The notes below the pieces were generated by a model. That model had not been told where the DNA came from. It saw only the letters and a program-made list of their open reading frames with translations, and searched no databases. This document shows, piece by piece, positions 13,462 through 27,509 of a stretch of DNA of 60,000 nt. The first letter of the stretch is position 1. Each line of letters starts with the position of its first letter. The translations under genes and the position numbers were made by a program. This stretch comes from Felis catus (taxonomy: Eukaryota). Where the stretch lies: assembly GCF_018350175.1 (NCBI RefSeq), contig NC_058368.1:141052001-141112000 (forward strand), written 5' to 3'.

Positions 13462-16400
13462 TATGAATCAATATTACTCAATATTCCCCAGGCTGGAGCC
13501 ACCATCTAGGCCAGCCCAGTCCCTGTGCAAAGGAACACTCAGCTCTCTCTCCCTTTGTCCTCCTTTCTCTTTAGGTAGAGAAATGTCCCTTTGACTAATC
13601 TCGGGAAGCCTGGTGAAGGGACAAGCTGGCTGCCCCCAAGAGGGGAAGTTTGAGTGCAAGAATATAGACTTGAGTGCAAGAATATAGGGGAAACAGAGGG
13701 GACTTGTGGAGGGATTTGTGGCATCTGCTAAGAATGGGGCTGCATACCCAGAGGACGCCCAGCACCAGGAAGGAGACCTACCCTTGGGACTGTTTGCCTG
13801 GGGCTCCTGTGGGATTTTGAGGGAGAAAGAAACAGAGTCCTCACAACATCAGAGCCCCCACCTGTTTACACTAGCCAGTTTCCACCACCCAAGGGGGTAA
13901 ATTGAGCTGCATATTTGATGATGAGGAAGTGAAGTGGAATGTGAGAATCCTCATTACTGACGTCAAGCTTGCCTTTCATTTTATTTATACCCATGACATT
14001 GTGACACAGGATCTAATTTTCCATTGTATTTTTTCCTCCGTTAGGGCCCGAGTGATGACAAATGATTTTGTGCATGAGCCTGGAAAACAACATTTTAAAT
14101 TCAAAGCTAGGGACCCTGCAGGATTCGGTGTCTATTTCTAGCTTACCACCCGCCTGCCCCTCCCTCAAACCTCTGTACTGACCATCGAAATGTGCAAAAG
14201 GCACCGTACTCCTACAGGGCAGGACTGCCTGAGAAGTCAGAGCTCAAGGCATCCAGGTGCCCACTCCTCTCTGGTGACAGGCTGTTCCTTCATGGCATGG
14301 GCGCTGGCAGGAGGCCAGGGAGCAGTGGGGCTGCACGGCAGCCTTGGCTCAGAGCCCTGGCTGCTGTCTGGGCATGAAACTGGGCTCTGGCACCAGGAGC
14401 ATGGTTCTAGCTTTCTGACCCAGAACTGCCTGTGCAGCAACTACCCCGCCTCTCAAGCCCTGGTGGGGCCCGTGCCTTCTGCCCCTCAGGCAGGACAGGT
14501 TTAGGAGCAGAGATTGATCTGGAAGGAATGGCAGGAGCAATTAGAGGGTGCTGTGGCAAAAGTCAGTAATGTCTCCATGCACAGAAACAGCCTTTGAGGG
14601 TGTGCCTAAGACGGAGGAAAGAATGGATGTGTGTCCACCAAGTGGACAGAGTGAACTTTACCCCAGTTGCTTGGTCTGCTGTGGAGTGGACTAGGGGCCT
14701 TGGCCCTATCAAAGTTCTCCCTCCATGACCTCCCAGAGCCTCAAATCCAGACACAGTATCTCTAATGTGGGGTCCTCTTCCTGCCCTGAAATGAAATGAA
14801 AGCTCCACCTGGGTCCCAGCAAATCTGGGCCTCTGGTGGGGCCTCCTGTCGCCAGGTTTTCAACCATGTTTTTCAGCCTCTGACCCCAGAGTAATCTCAA
14901 CTTCCTTGTACTCAGTTCAGAAGATGTTTGCTATTCGGGATTCTGATGCAGAGGCTTGATAAGAGAGGCCTCAGGCCTTCTGAGTTAGTAAACCAGCAGA
15001 GTCCAAGGATTTGAAAACTGAGAAGCCTAAGGACAGCCACGCCCTGAGAGGTGGCACAGTGCCAGCTCCTGTCACCTGAAATCTTCCAGGATATTTAGAA
15101 ATGGGTGTTTGCGTGATTTTACTACATTTACTTTGGATGTCTTGTTCGATTTGTTTTTGAAACAAGGGTTTCCCATAGCACCAACAAAATCGGATCTGTG
15201 TTTTATTGAATCTACTGGAGTTCCTATGCTTGACTTGGTTTTGCTTTCTAGCTCTGTGTCAATTTTCTCAGTCAATTTAGGTAAAACTGGCACAGAATAA
15301 GCTGTTGTGTAGAAATACAGTGTGGGAAAACGAGAACATCTTCTAAGCTGCCCTGATATCTCACCCCTAACTGGCCTACAGGTGTGAGAGCTGCTTGGGG
15401 AGGAAGGGGCTGTCTTCATGTGCAGCAGCTGGGGGGCCAGGTCTTTACAATTCCTTTTGCAACAGCCCAGCTTAGACCAATGTTGACAGCCTGTGTATGT
15501 GTTTTCAGCTAGTCTCACATGCTTCCCATGGGTGATTGTATCAAGTGCTTCCTACTGGATGCCAGGGGTGGAGGTGAGGGCTAAGGGCAAAGGAGGTGTG
15601 AATTAGAGCCACTTCCATCACCCAGAAAGTACACAAGTAACACAAGGCTATGGGAAAGAAAAGTTTGGTAGTAAGGAAACACTAAGTGGACTCCACAGGC
15701 TCAGGGTATAACTGGACAAGCTCTAGGTTTCATACTGGGATGCTGGTGTCACTTAGTAATCCCTTTCCCAAGGTTCATTGGAAGGTGGTTTGGGACAGGT
15801 GCATGAAAGGTGTTGCCAGAGACTCCAGGGTGCAAATGCTTCCTTATTAGCTCTGTGATCTTGGGAAGGTACTTAAACCTTCTAGGCTTCAGTTCCCACA
15901 ACTGTAGAAGGGAGGTACTGAGCCTGCCACATAGGGTTAATGTGGGAGGTGAATGAGATTAGGAAAACAAACCATGTCTGTATCACTGAGCACATAGTAG
16001 GGATTCCCTTCTTGGACTGGGGATCAGAGAACCCCACAGAAGTCCTGCTTTTAAGTCTTAGCCCAGGTGGGTGGTTCACTTCTCTGAATTTTCTCTGTGA
16101 CAGATGCAGAAGTTGGAAATCTGTTTGCTGACTGAGGAGATATGATTGTGCTGATTAAGATGTGCAGTGAAGAGACAAGTGAACCCCATGGCTCAGCGAC
16201 ACAGTGTGGACAGAGGAATTGTCTTCATGAACAAGTGTTGGAAGAGAAGACCTGAGGAACACAGAAACATGGCTGGCCTGATCCTCGCCATGCTGTCCAA
16301 GATAGAGCTGGCTTAGGTGGGGTGCCTCTGCCAGGACTGTTTCTGCCTTAATCCTGCCTTGAAGGCTCAGGTGAACCTGATTTTGTCTTGGGGTTCAGGG

Positions 16401-17413
16401 AGGGAACATCAAGATATGGTAGAGGATACATAGCACACTTTACCCTGAGCCAGAATCCCCAGGACAAGACCCTAGCCCCTTCTCCTGACTCCTAACCCCC
16501 AGCTGCCAGCTACCCACAATCCTCCGGGTGTCTTCCTGTGGAAGGTGAAGACTCAGCTAGGAAAAGAATTGAGCGATACTGTTGTCAAGGGGGATTTCAC
16601 AGGGGTGTTCCATTGGCCATTGGGAGAAAAACGTGTATTAAAATTTTTTTCTGAGGAAATTGAAATCCAAACATCTGTCTAACCAAGCCTAGATGGAAAG
16701 TGAATCTTGATTCCATATTAAAAACATTAGTCCTGAAAGAGAAGAGTAAGTCCTTACGTTAATAGGAGCAGTGAGGCTTCTCTGCAGGTTTTAGAGTAGT
16801 TCTGAGTAAAAAACAAGAGTGGTCAGAATCCATTAAGAATCTGAAAATATAGTATAGCTGAGAACTCTGCTCTCCTCCTTTACTAAATTATTTATCTGGG
16901 CTACTGATAATTAATTTCCCGAATTCCCTAGTTTCCCCACCCTCTCATTTATACATGTGGTTTCTCAGCAATGGACAGGGAAGGGAGTCTGAGACACAGG
17001 GAGTCATGGGTGGTCTATGCTCTGGATGGTGACTAATTGAGACTTGGCTGTCTTTCATGATATGCCTTTTATGGATGGAGGCAAAAGAAGTACTCAGTGA
17101 TCTCAAGGAATACTCCAGGGTCTCCCAGCCAGATTGGCTAGGAAAAACTGACCAATAAATAAACATTGACTGAGTACCTACTCTGTGGCAGGCACAGTGT
17201 AAGGCTTTGGGTATACATGGTCCCTGCCTTCACAGAACTCAGTCTGGCGAAGAAGGTAGATTTTTAAACAAATAAACACACCAACTTGCATAATTTGCAG
17301 ATTGTGATGAATGAGTAACTACTATGAGACAGTTAACACTGGGGATATGATACAGATAGGGGAGTTGGGGTCAAGAAAGTTCTTTCTGATGAGGTGACAG
17401 ATAAAGCCTAGAA

Positions 17414-17611
17414 CACTGCTTCTCAAATTCCAATGTGCATCAGAATCACCTGGAGAGTTTGTTAAAAAAATAAAAAAGGTTTTCTGGGTATCCTCCCCAC
17501 CAGAGTTTCTGATTCAGTAGGTCTGATGTGGGTCCCAAAACTCTGTGTTTCTAATAAATTACTGGATGATACTGAGATTGCTGGTTTGGAGGTCACACTT
17601 TGAGAATCATG
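17414..17611. mobile_element. MER5A-like hAT-Charlie MITE inserted in an L2 relic
   Basis: Terminal inverted repeats CACTGCTTCTCAAA / TTTGAGAATCATG; internal CAGAATCACCTGGAG and TTCTGATTCAGTAGGTCTG. Confidence 0.8.
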
Positions 17612-19610
17612 AGGCTGGAGGATTGGTAGGAACTAGCCGGGTAAAGAGAGTGGAGGGAACACCAGTACAGCAGAGGGGGCAGCATGTACAAATGCCCCAG
17701 TGTGGAAGAGATCTTGGGGGCTTCAGGTAATGGAAAGTGTGTCTACAAGGCAGTGAATTAGTGAACCTGTAGTGATGAGGTAATGTTAGAGGTGTACCTG
17801 ATGAGGTAATGTTAGAGAGGAAATTAGTTAGAAATTTCCTATCCTGATACTCACTCCAACAGAAACACTCCAGGGGTACTTTGTCTAAGATTAATGGTTC
17901 CATTGACCCTTGGAGATGTCCTACTGCAACATGGGGCTAATGGAATAGTGCTGACCCTGAGACAGTGTGAAGATTCAAAATGGTGAGGTATGCAAAGGGC
18001 TGAGCACAGAGCAAATGCTCAGTCTATTCTAGATGTCTGTCCTCCTACCTTCTCCGACTCAAAACTTGGCCCTGTCTATAGTTTAGCTATAAGAGGACAT
18101 GTTCCTGAATTTGTGCTAAGGTGCTAACCTATAGCTTCAAGCAAAAAGAGTTAATGTCGAAGTGACCCATGGTATCTAAACTGGGATAAGGTTAAATAGT
18201 TGGGTATAGATAAGAAATCTGGACACCACTTCCAAAGAGCAGGTGTGCATGTGTGTTTTCTTACATCTCATGCAATTCATAAATGTCACGGATTTTAAAT
18301 CAAAGAAAGCATGGATTGGGTTTTGGAGCCAAAGTGCACAGTTGACATTATGCCAATTCAATTTAGACCACATTTACTCAGTGCTCACTCTGTGCCAGGT
18401 GCTATTCTAGGTGTTGGGAAGGCAGAAGTAGGTGATCAAAGCTAGGTCCCTGCTCTTGAAGAGCTTCAACACTCACTGGGATATGGGCGTATAAGTAACG
18501 TAGAGCAATGGGATAAAAGCCACAACAAAGAGCTGTACAAGGGCAATGAAAACTCAGGAGACAGCAGTTTTGCTGGGGGGTAGTCAGAGAAAGTCAGAGA
18601 CAGAAAGTGACATCAGAGCCAAGTCTAGAAAGGAAACATCTAGAGAATGAGCAGAACTGAAGGATAGATGAACAAACCTCCTTTAAGAACTTTTTTGTTA
18701 TTGTTTTAAGCTCTGACCTAAATCATCATTATGAGCTTCTAGAAGATACATGGCCACATGGTGTTGAATTTGATTTAAAATATTGCATAAACTGTTATAT
18801 ATAGAAACACATATGGAAACAATCTGAAAATATTTCTCCTCAAATATAGTGCCATTTGCTTTTATGAATTTGCTATTTCTGGATGAAAAAGTGAAATATG
18901 ATTTGGTCTTCTGAGAATCAGAAGAAACTGTATCGCCCTCCCAAGTAAAAATCATTTTGGTGGTTAATTCATTCATTTATGTAGTCAGTCAACAAACATT
19001 TAGTTAGAAATTTCAGTTTTTGAAGCACTGCCATTGAGGCCATTGAGGGGCAACAAAGATATATAAGATACTGTCCTGCCCTCAGGATTCCTCAGGGGTT
19101 TAGAAGCGAGAAAAACACCTGAATGCAAATAATTCTAACACAAGTAGGTGATAAGTAATACGAGTGAGTACAAATAAAATAATCCAAGTATCTTGAGGAG
19201 AACAAGCTATCTCTTGATTGGAATAGTCATAGAAAGCTTGAGAATTTATGGAGAAGCAATTTGCGCTAGGGCTTTTATAATGAGAAGGCATTGGACATAT
19301 AGAAACCAGGGCAGGGAAGATATTTCAGACAGAGGTTGATTTGTGAACAAAAAGGCTGGGAGATCACTGAGAAATGGCACTTTTGCATGTTTACAAGTAT
19401 GATTTGGGGAAAGAACTGGAATAGGTAGATGTCAGCCTCACAGTCAAGTATGAACTTGATTCCACTGGCTGTGACTTCTTAGAATTTGAAATGCCAAGCA
19501 TCTGTCACTAGGTTTCTTGTACACTTGTTTTAGTTGGTATCTCAGGCCTGACCTTCAACTTGGCATAATTTCATCCAGCCAATAGGATATGTTTTAAAAA
19601 GTCAGTCTGT

Positions 19611-21035
19611 CACATATGGACCTGCAAATGTATGGCCAACTAATCTTCGACAAAGCAGAAAAGAGTATCCAATGGAAAAAAGGCAGTAACTTCAGCAAAT
19701 GGTTCTGGGGGAATTGGACAGCGATATGCAGAAGAATGCAACTGAACCACTTTCTTACACCATACACAAAAATAAACTCAACATGGGTGAAAGACCTAAA
19801 TGCAAGATAGGAAACCATCAAAATCCTATAGGAGAAAACAGGCAGCAACCTCTTTGACCTTGGCTTCAGCAGTTTCTTACTAGACATAAGGGAAATAAAA
19901 GTAAAAATCATATATTGGGACTTCATCATGGTAAAAAGCTTCTGCACAGCAAAGGAAATGATCAACAAAACTAAAAGGCAACTAACAAATGGGAGAAAAT
20001 ATTTGCAAATGACATATCACATAAAGGGTTAGTATCCAAAATCTATAAAGAGCTTATCAAACTTAACACCCCAAAAACAAATAATCCACTGAAGAAATGG
20101 GCAGAAGGCATGAATAGACACTTTTCCAGAGAAGACATCCAGATGGCTAACAGACACATGAAAAGATGCTCAACATCATTCATCATCAGGGAAATACAAA
20201 TCAAAACTACAATGAGATACCATCTCACACCTGTCAGATGGGAAATTAACAACATTGGAAACAGCAGATGTTGGAGAGGATGCGGAGAAAGGGGGACATT
20301 TTTGCACTGTTGGGAATGCAAACTGGTGCAGTCACTCTGGAAAACAGTATGGAGGTTCCTCAAAAAATTAAAAATAGAACTACCCTCTAACCTAGCAATT
20401 GCACTACTAGGTATTTATCCAGAGGATACAAAAATGCTGATCCAAAGGGACACATGCACCCCAATGTTTACAGCAGCACTATCAACAATAGGCAATAGCG
20501 CTATCAACAATAGCCAAAATAGACAAATTTAGGGAAAGATCCCAAATGTCCATTAACTGATGAATGGATACAGAAGATGTGGGATATATATATAGAAGAT
20601 AGATAGATAGGAATACTACTCAGCAATCATAAAGAATCAAATCTTGCCATTTGCAACAATGTGGATGGAACTAGAGTACATTACGCTAAATGAAATAAGG
20701 CAGGCAGAGAAAGATAAATATCATGATTTCACTCATATGTGGAATTTAAGAAAAACCACAGATGAACATAGGGGAAGGTAAGGAAAAATAAGATAAAAAC
20801 AGAGAGAGAGAGAGGCAAACCACAAGAGAGTCTTAAAATATAGAGAACAAACTGAGGGTTGCTAGAGGGCAGGTGGTTGGGGAATGGGCTAATTGGGTGA
20901 TGGGCATTAAGGAGGGCCCCTGTTGGCATGAGCCCTGGGTGCTATATGTAAGTGATGAATCACTGGGTTCTACTCCTGAAACCAATACCACACTGTATTT
21001 TAAATAAGTTGAATTTAAATAAATTAATTAAAAAA
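19611..21035 (+). mobile_element. 5'-truncated carnivore LINE-1, frameshifted ORF2 3' part plus 3'UTR
   Basis: ORFs [26 protein letters not shown] and [24 protein letters not shown](G/A)TCAGTCTGT at about 19596 and 21030. Confidence 0.95.
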
Positions 21036-23208
21036 TCAGTCTGTGTCTGCCGATAGTAATATAATCACAACGTGGCTCCAAATTGCCATAAAGGCCAGGA
21101 ATTGAAAGTAGGTCTTATTCTTCAGGAATTTATGATTCCATGTCTGGAGTTTGAAAGAGAAGGGTTTCGTATTAGAGTCCCTTCAGGAAACAGATGAAGT
21201 CTTTTCCTCCACAAGTGTTGACAGGTGTAGTTACACCAACAAGGGATGGTGCAGTATCCATGAGCTAGTGAGATTTGTGAAGCTGTTACTATCTGTAGGC
21301 TGATGGTAACATCCTTAGGACAGGGGACATAGCAAACATTGGAACTTGGAAAGAGCTCTGTGCTGCCATGGAGTCACATAGCTACTGCCCATGTTGTTCC
21401 TAATGGCTAGAGGGCAAGGGGCACATTGCTTCATTCTGTACAGCCCACCTCCCAGGGCACAGGGTAGGGAAGGAAGGATGTACAGCCCATCTGGAGGAGC
21501 AGACAGAGAGTATCCGGCACAATCCTTTTTAGCTTTAATATTTCTATGATTCCAAAACCATCCAAACTTCAGTAAACCTTCATTTAACAAATCTGTTCCA
21601 AAAACCAATGTTCTCAGAAATTTATAAAGAATAAGAAGTACAGGGAATTGATTAGGTAGAGAGATGAATGGGTAGATGGTGAAGGAGTCTTTGGCTGAGA
21701 TAGTTGACTGAGTAGTAACTCAACCAGATTGCAAGGTTAGTAAACACAGGGACAAGGCTGGTCTTGTACATTGTCAAATCCTCGATGCCCTACAATGTGC
21801 CTGGATCTTAGTATATCCCAATAAATGTCTGTATGACTGATGTGATAGATGAAACATCAAGAATACCAAGCAATGTAAAATGTGCATCTGGGAGTCTCAG
21901 GACAGGAAAATCCAAAATTAGGGTCAGGAACTAACATTTTGGAACTAGGAGAAGAAGGTGATGACTGTGTCTGGTTTTCTGCCTCTTTAGGTCAAAGCTT
22001 CTAGCACCACTCAGGGAACAAAGGTATTGGGAGATACAGAATGGCCTTTTTGCTTTGTTTAAACAATCTTTCCATCTTTTTCAGTCATTTGAAAGGACAA
22101 CATTATAACTCCTGCAACCCAACTTCAATTAATTCATCTATTCATTCAGTGAACATTTACTAAGTGCTTATTTTGTGCCTGGGAATCCAAAATTAAGACA
22201 GATACAACCTCAGCCTTCAAGGAGCTTAGTCTGGTAGGAGCTACAGACGTGGCATTAGGAAAGTATAGTACTTGTGTTAGCTGTGGGGAGCACGGGCCAC
22301 TGTGGGAGAAATAGGCGAACATCCTACACAGGCTGGAGGTCTCAGCCTAGGAGAGCTGAGTCCTGAAGCACTTTTCCATCTGTTTACTTTATCCCTGGCA
22401 TCCCTCCCCATCCCCCAACCCCCAGTAAGGAAGGAAGTAGTAAGTAAATAAATGACATTTAATAAAAATTCCTAGCTGAGGTAACACTTTGATTTGGATG
22501 CATTCGCATCAAAGTGCTATAAGCCAATCCGTGAGCACAGGTGGGGAGTTCAGTCCTTCCTCAACTTAGAGAAGAGGAACAAGAGGTCAGGAGAGCACAG
22601 AGTGGGCATCTGGATTGAAAAGAGGAGAGGGCAGGTGAAAAAGGGAGGCAGAGGGCCTCACTGACTTCAGAATTTGGAGGAGGCCATTTAACTTTAACTG
22701 TTTACAAACAGATGGACAATACATGAGGAGGCTTGTTTGCTTACTTGTGATTGCAGGTTTGTTTTTTAGCTTCTAGTAACTGAACGTAGGGTACACAGTA
22801 TTAACATTGGTCCACCTGATTTACAAAGGCTCGTGGCTGACTTCAAAACATGGACAGTTCTCTTACAAAATTGCTTCACTCCCAGAGGTTTTGTTAATTG
22901 GGACATTTCTTGTCTTTAACTTGAGTATTATGCTAGCAATCAAAGGAAAAACATAAGTTGGGGAGGAGGAGTGGAGGGTAGGGGGAGAAATAGAGTGTTG
23001 GTAAGAATCTAAGGGCAATGGCTTTTTAATTTATCTGTATCTATAGTTTTATATCCAAATTTTTAAAAGCCTGCTAAGAATTTGATTGAAATGCATTTTA
23101 ATTCTTAAATTTGAGAAACAAAAGTAGTTTTTAACTACTACTCCCTGTCTCTATCTCATTTTTTTAAAGGAGGAATAACCTTCCAGCCCCAGAAAGTTTT
23201 CCTGGGTT

Positions 23209-23210
<2 letters not shown>

Positions 23211-23248
<38 letters not shown>
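23211..23248. repeat. (GT)19 microsatellite
   Basis: Perfect run. Confidence 0.97.
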
Positions 23249-23253
<5 letters not shown>

Positions 23254-24039
23254 TGTCTTTCATCTTCCGTTAAAAACATTACTTTTGTTAGGGAGTAACT
23301 CTCTATTTGTCATCTTTAAGGGGTTGAGAGTTTTGATGTCCTTGCCTGGAAGAAATTAGGCTGGAATCAACCTCTGGCTGGAGGGCAGGTTGTCTTACTT
23401 TCCATCTGCTGGAGTTTCCTTTGTGCACTCCTCTCTGTGTTTACTCTTGAAAGTCTTTGAGGCTGGATCCTTAGCTCTCCTGCTCAGTGCTTCCTTTTGT
23501 ATCTATGTATTGACGATGGCTGAATCTTTAGCTTCAACCCAAACATTTCCCATCACCTGCAGACCTGTTTCCTCTTACCTACTAGATATCTTTCCTCTGT
23601 GTTCCATAGACACCTCAGATCCAACAGACTCAAACTGTCACTGGAGTGCTTGTTTTGAGTAGCACCGGTCTTAGTGGGAGATACTGCATCTAGGAGTCGC
23701 TCACTCACAGCCCATTCATTACAAAGTCCTATTCTATTCTATCTCCTAGTGTCTTTCCTGTTCTCCTCCTGCCCCTCCATTCCTAACACCCTTGCTCTTC
23801 AGGCTCTTTTCAGCTCCTTCTGAATTGTTATTAATTATTTCATTATCCTCATTAGTCTTCTCCAACCCATGCTTTCCTCCACCAACAGATATATCTTGGT
23901 AATGTGCAAATTTCTATGTCTTTTCCTGTAAAAGCATTTGGGAGTTTTCCATTTTCTAGCTCTGCATATCAGTGGACAACTTGTTAAAATAGTTTCATTC
24001 TCTTTGGTGGTTTTCTTCCTTCTATATGACCTTGGCTCC

Positions 24040-25157
24040 TGAGGTTCTTTGCTGGCATCTGCTCTTCTGCTTGACCTATAACAGTTGGCAGGTGCAGAGT
24101 GTGGGTTCTATGCCCTTGCCCTCTTCCCCGTTCTGATTATATGGCCTCCTTTGGTGACCTTATCTAGTCCCATGGCTTCTGGTGGGAGCTACACACTGAT
24201 GACTCCCAAAGTGATGACTCCAGTCTGCCCTTTCTGCTGAGCTCAGGACATATAGATCCATCTGCCCCCTTGACAAGCTCATTTGTATGTCTCATAGAGA
24301 CTTGAACTGAACAAGGCCAAAGCAGGGCTCTTGCTTTCCCACCCATTCTTTTCCTGCTCTTCTTCCACCTTTCCCTATCTCAGTAAATGATACCTCCATC
24401 CCCCCAACTGCCCAGACCAAAAACTTTGGAACTGTTGTTGCTTCTTCTCCCCTCACTCCACTCCCCACATGTACTTCATCACAAGTCCTGTCAGCCTTAC
24501 GTTGAAAATGAATGCATCCTGAAGCCAACACTTCTAGCAGTCCGCACTGCTTTCTCCCTGGTTGTCCCCAGCTCTTGTTGGCTCACTCCAGCAGCCTCCT
24601 ACTGACCTACCAGCTTCCACCCTTGATTGCCTAGGATTGATTCTTTACAAGGTGGCCGGAGTGATTTTCCCAAAAGTCATATTGTGTTTCTTCTCTGCTT
24701 AAAACCATCTCAAGGCTTCCTGTTGCATTTGGCTACACTAGCTTCTTGTCTCTCCAATTTGCCAAGCTCTTTCCTGCCATGAGGATTTTGCATGTGCTAT
24801 TCCCCTGTCTGGCATCCTCCTCCCCTACATCTTTGCATTCCCAGCTCCATGGGGGTAATTCACGTCTCAGTTCAAATATCCCTTCCCAGAGAAGCCTTTT
24901 CTGACCTCCCAAACTAAAGTGGCTTACCCTTCAGTCTCTTTCTATTGTAGTAATTTATTTTTTTTTATCTTCATATCATAATAAAATGATCTTTTATTTT
25001 CCTTCTTTTTCTTGTTAGTTATCTTTCTTCCCTTCACTAGAACATAAGCATCATGACAATATGGATTCATGTTATTTACAATCTATTCTTAGCACCTAAA
25101 ATCATTCCTGGCATGTAATATTTGCTCAGAAGTATCTGTTGGGTGGATGAATGAATG
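24040..25157 (+). mobile_element. L2 relic (3' region)
   Basis: L2-like motifs (ATGTCTCATAGAGACTTGAACTGAAC, CTGCTTAAAACC, AGCCTTTTCTGACC) ending in a (TGAA)n tail. Confidence 0.7.
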
Positions 25158-25159
25158 TA

Positions 25160-25508
25160 TAGTTGATGCTTGAACAACACAGGGATTAGGAGCACTGACA
25201 CCCCTCTCTCCCTCCACACGGTCAAAAATCCACTTGAAATTTTGCTCCCCCAAAACTTAGCTACTAATAGCCTACTGTTGACTGGAAGCCTTAATGATAA
25301 CATACACTGTTGATTAACATGTATTTTGTATGTTATATGTATTATATACTGTGTTCTTATAATGGAGTAACCTAGAGAAAAGACAGTGTTATGAAAACAG
25401 TAAGGAAGAGAAAATATATTTATAGTATACTATACTGTATTTACTGAAAAAAAAATCTATGTGTAAGTGGATCCCTTACAGTTCAAACCCATATTCAAGG
25501 ATCAACTA
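25160..25508. mobile_element. Tigger2a-like TcMar non-autonomous DNA transposon
   Basis: Inverted termini TAGTTGATGCTTGAA / TTCAAGGATCAACTA with TA on both sides (25158-59, 25509-10). Confidence 0.85.
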
Positions 25509-25545
25509 TAAAATTGAACAACTTTGCCTCTGTTAGAAATACCTC

Positions 25546-25783
25546 TGGGAATGCAAGCTGGTGCAGCCACTCTGGAAAACAATATGGGGGTTCCTCAAAA
25601 AACTAAAAGTAGAACTACCCTATGACCCCGCAATTGTACTACTGGGCAATTATGCAAGGGATACAGGTGTGCTGTTTTGAAGGGACACACGAACTCCCAT
25701 GTTTATAGCAGCACTAGCAACAATAAAAAAGTATGGAAAGAGCCCGAATGTCCATCGATAGATGAATGGATAAAGAAGAGGTG

Positions 25784-25844
<61 letters not shown>

Positions 25845-26217
25845 GGAGTATTACTCAGCAATCAAAAAGAATGAAATCTTGCCGTTTGCAACTACATGGA
25901 TGGAACTGGAGGGTATTATGCTAAGCGAAATTAGAGAAAGACAAATATATGACTTCAATAATATGAGGACTTTAAGAGAAAAAACAGATGAACTTAAGGG
26001 AAGGGACACAAAAATAATATAAAAACAGGGAGGGGGACAAAACAGAAGAGACTCATAAATATGGAGAACAAACTGAGGGTTACTGGAGGGGTGTGGGAGG
26101 GGGGATGGGCTAAGTGGGTAAGGGACACTAAGGAATCTACTCCTGAAATCATTGTTGCACTATATGCTAACTAATTTGCATGTAAATTTTAAAAAAGAAA
26201 AAATAAATTAAAAAAAA
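25546..26217 (+). mobile_element. 5'-truncated felid LINE-1 3' fragment with internal (TG)n(TA)n
   Basis: ORF2 tail (MEYYSAIKKNEILPFATTWMELEGIMLSEI), G-rich 3'UTR, A tail; TSD AGAAATACCTC / AAAAATATCTC. Confidence 0.92.
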
Positions 26218-26230
26218 TATCTCGGTAGCA

Positions 26231-26450
26231 GGGGGCGCCTGGGTGGCTCAGTCAGTTAAACGTCTGACTTTGGCTCAGGTCATGATCTCACAGTTTGTGG
26301 GTTCAAACCCTGTGTTGGGCTCTGCACTGACAGCTCAGAGCCTGCAGCCTGCTTCAGATTCTGTGTCTCCTAGTCTCTCTGCCCCTCCTCTGCTCATGCT
26401 CTGTCTGTCTGTCTCTCTCTCTCTCAAAAAAAAAAAAAAAATTAAAAAAA
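26231..26450 (+). mobile_element. Can-SINE
   Basis: GGGGCGCCTGGGTGGCTCAG head, CT tract, poly-A. Confidence 0.93.
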
Positions 26451-26465
26451 AGAAACACCTCGGAA

Positions 26466-26503
26466 GATAGATGATAGATAGATAGATAGATAGATGATAG
26501 ATA
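26466..26503. repeat. Imperfect (GATA)n tetranucleotide repeat
   Basis: GATAGATGATAGATAGATAGATAGATAGATGATAGATA. Confidence 0.9.
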
Positions 26504-27350
26504 TGTTGGGTGTGGTATGAGTATCAATGAAGAGTGGGAGAGGCTCGGCTCTCAAACACACTTAAATGTGTGGCAGCTACTTGACAATGTGGCCTCTCCT
26601 CAGATACAAGTGCAAGGCTCTTATTGTTAATGTTTATGACCCCCTGCTAATAAATAATAATAAGCGATATTTTACTGATAACACTGAACTTCCGAGTCTA
26701 CATTTAATCTTTGCAAATTTGTAATTCCCGACCACAGGGTTAATGCCCATCCATGTGATAATTTGCTTTTCCTCTCTCTTTCTGTCTTGAGCCATCCTGA
26801 GGGCAGAGATCCAGGCTGGAGAATGTCTGGACTAGAATTATGTAGGAGATGTGTTTGGTTTCCTCAGAGTAGCTTTGGTTGAATTTGTGTGAGATTTCAA
26901 TCTGATGAGGAAAAATGGGCTAGGATGCTGAAACTACTCATAGATTAGAATGAGGGAGGCCACAGGTGACCTCAAGGGTCCTCTCAAAATCTGTTCCTGT
27001 GTTGTCAGGAGGACAGTTAGGTACTGTTTGTGTATTCCCTTGGTTCAGGATAGGGATAGTGGCAATGGGATAATGCTATGCCCGCTAGATAGAAGAGTTA
27101 CAAAAGGAGTTTAATACATGTATTGCCAGTGACATTGATGATCACGGAAGGTAAACCATAGACTTCATTCTTCCAGAAATGACTCAACACTGGTAGCACT
27201 TGATTGTTCTGGTCTTTTGTATTGTGGCAATCACAGAAGCACTAGCTTGTCAGCAACATCAACATCTTCAGTCTTCAACGAATGACCAATGACATGTTCA
27301 AAGGACCCTAAATGGTGCACCTCTGTAGACTGGGAACTCTGGGCCTTTGG

Positions 27351-27509
27351 TTTCTTTTATTTTTTCCCCTTCTCTTTTTTCTTTCTTTCCTTTGTTTCAG
27401 TTCCCTTTTCTGCTCTTTCTGCCTCCTGTCTTTCCCCCTCCTTCCTTCTTTCTTTTCTTTTTCGTCCTCCCTTCTTCCCTCTCTTCTCCCTCCTTCTCTT
27501 CCTCTCTTT
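27351..27509. repeat. Pyrimidine-rich low-complexity tract
   Basis: About 160 nt almost entirely C/T on the + strand. Confidence 0.85.
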
